Assembly: GCF_004010195.1 (NCBI RefSeq)
Contig: NC_057749.1
Location: 23,604,999 to 23,668,998, forward strand
DNA length: 64,000 nucleotides
Source of the DNA: Chiloscyllium plagiosum
Lineage: Eukaryota
Reading direction: 5' to 3'
A program made the position numbers and the translations under genes. The first letter of the stretch is position 1. Every line of letters begins with the position of its first letter. Under the pieces are notes generated by a model, which worked only from the letters and a program-made list of their open reading frames with translations, was not told where the DNA came from and searched no databases. Positions 62,875-64,000 of the stretch are shown one piece after another.

Positions 62875-63205
62875 TCTTTTTTATTCATTCACAGGATGAG
62901 GGCATTGCTGGCTATGCGGCATTTACTGCCCATCCCTAATTGCCCAGAGGGTGGTTAAGAGTCAACCACATTGCTGTGGGTCTGGAATCACATGCAAGAA
63001 TGGCAGATTCCTTCCCTGAAGGATATTAGTGAACCAGATCGGTTTTTCCAACAATCGGCAATACATGGCCATTACATTCTTCGCTCCAGATATTTAATTT
63101 AAATTCCACCATCTCCTGTGGCAGGATTCAACTCGAGGTCCCCATAACGTTATCTGGTTCTCTCGATTAAGAGTCCAGCGATAATACCACTAGGCCATCG
63201 TCTCC
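62875..63205 (-). mobile_element. tRNA-derived SINE (second family)
   Basis: Minus strand begins gatggcctagtggtattatcgctggac...gagttgaatcc (A/B boxes) and ends tgaatgaataaaa. Confidence 0.7.
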
Positions 63206-63559
63206 TCTGCTGTGTCTGAAGTTAGATGTCCAAGTCTTTCCATACTCTGTCCTATCAATTTTTATGGAACTTGAATAAACTGAGTCCTCCCCATTGTTAG
63301 CTTTTTCCATAATTTTCCATGCAACCAGACCCACCATTTTTCACATTCGTTTTCACGAGATATCTGCGTGACACAAACTCCTTCAAGAAACCTGCAACTG
63401 AAAGATCTACAAACATGGTTTACGTCAACACACTAACTTCCAGGAAAATCAGCCACACTGGTTCTCCCAGCTTAATATTATGAGCCTGCCCATGTCGTTG
63501 CTCCTTTGCTTTACTATTTTTTTTAATAAATCTCCTTAGAGTAAGCCTAAGGCATATTC

Positions 63560-64000
63560 AAACTCACAATTAGAAAGCCGCTGTTCAGCCCTTCAAGCCT
63601 ACTCCATTAATTGTTTTCATGGTTGATCTGATTGTGGCCTTAATGCAACTTTTCTGTATATCCCCGACAACTTCTGAACACTTTGTCAATCAAGAATGCA
63701 ACTAATTCAGCCTGGAAAACACAGATACCACATCCACCACACTCTGGGAAAGAATTCCACAGACTAACAGCACTCAAAGTGTTTCCCCATTCTGAACCTG
63801 TGTCCTCCACAAATGAAAATATTCTTTCAGCATCCATCTGGTGAAATGCCTCAGGATCTTTTGTGTTTCAAAAGGACACCTCTTATTCTAATTGCTACAC
63901 AGGCCCAAACTGTCCAACCTTTCCTCATAAGGTTACTTCTTCATCCCAGGAATTAGTTGAGTGAAGCTTCTCTGAACTGCTTCTAATCCACTGATATTCT
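63560..64000 (-). mobile_element. CR1 3' fragment running off the window
   Basis: AVSLWNSFPE motif and 3' UTR. Confidence 0.7.

Noticed and set aside
1..64000. CRISPR arrays, prokaryotic operons or defence systems
   Set aside because: Eukaryotic intron-exon sequence; no repeat-spacer array or prokaryotic gene organisation.

Overview
Vertebrate genomic DNA, almost certainly from an elasmobranch (shark): it carries HE1-type V-SINEs, Deu-domain SINEs, abundant CR1/HER1-type LINEs and Penelope-like elements (PLEs). The only host gene I can support is VPS13C on the minus strand. Fourteen consecutive coding exons (equivalent to human exons ~7-20) run from 50146 down to 4156, all with GT-AG boundaries and consistent splice phases; the gene extends beyond both window edges. 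The introns are mostly transposon relics, often nested. The most interesting structure is a set of PLE pseudo-LTR insertions from at least three sequence families, each carrying a minimal type I hammerhead-ribozyme motif (CUGANGA-stem II-GAA-palindromic ACGU/AGCU-H). Several sit between 10-15 bp target-site duplications (TSDs), several are fold-back structures, and two lie in sense within the VPS13C pre-mRNA. One fold-back PLE is split at its centre by a 1.9 kb ORF1-only L1 derivative (HAL1-like) with its own TSD. Exon and TSD coordinates were read base by base. Boundaries of old repeats are approximate, and family names come from recognised motifs, not database searches.
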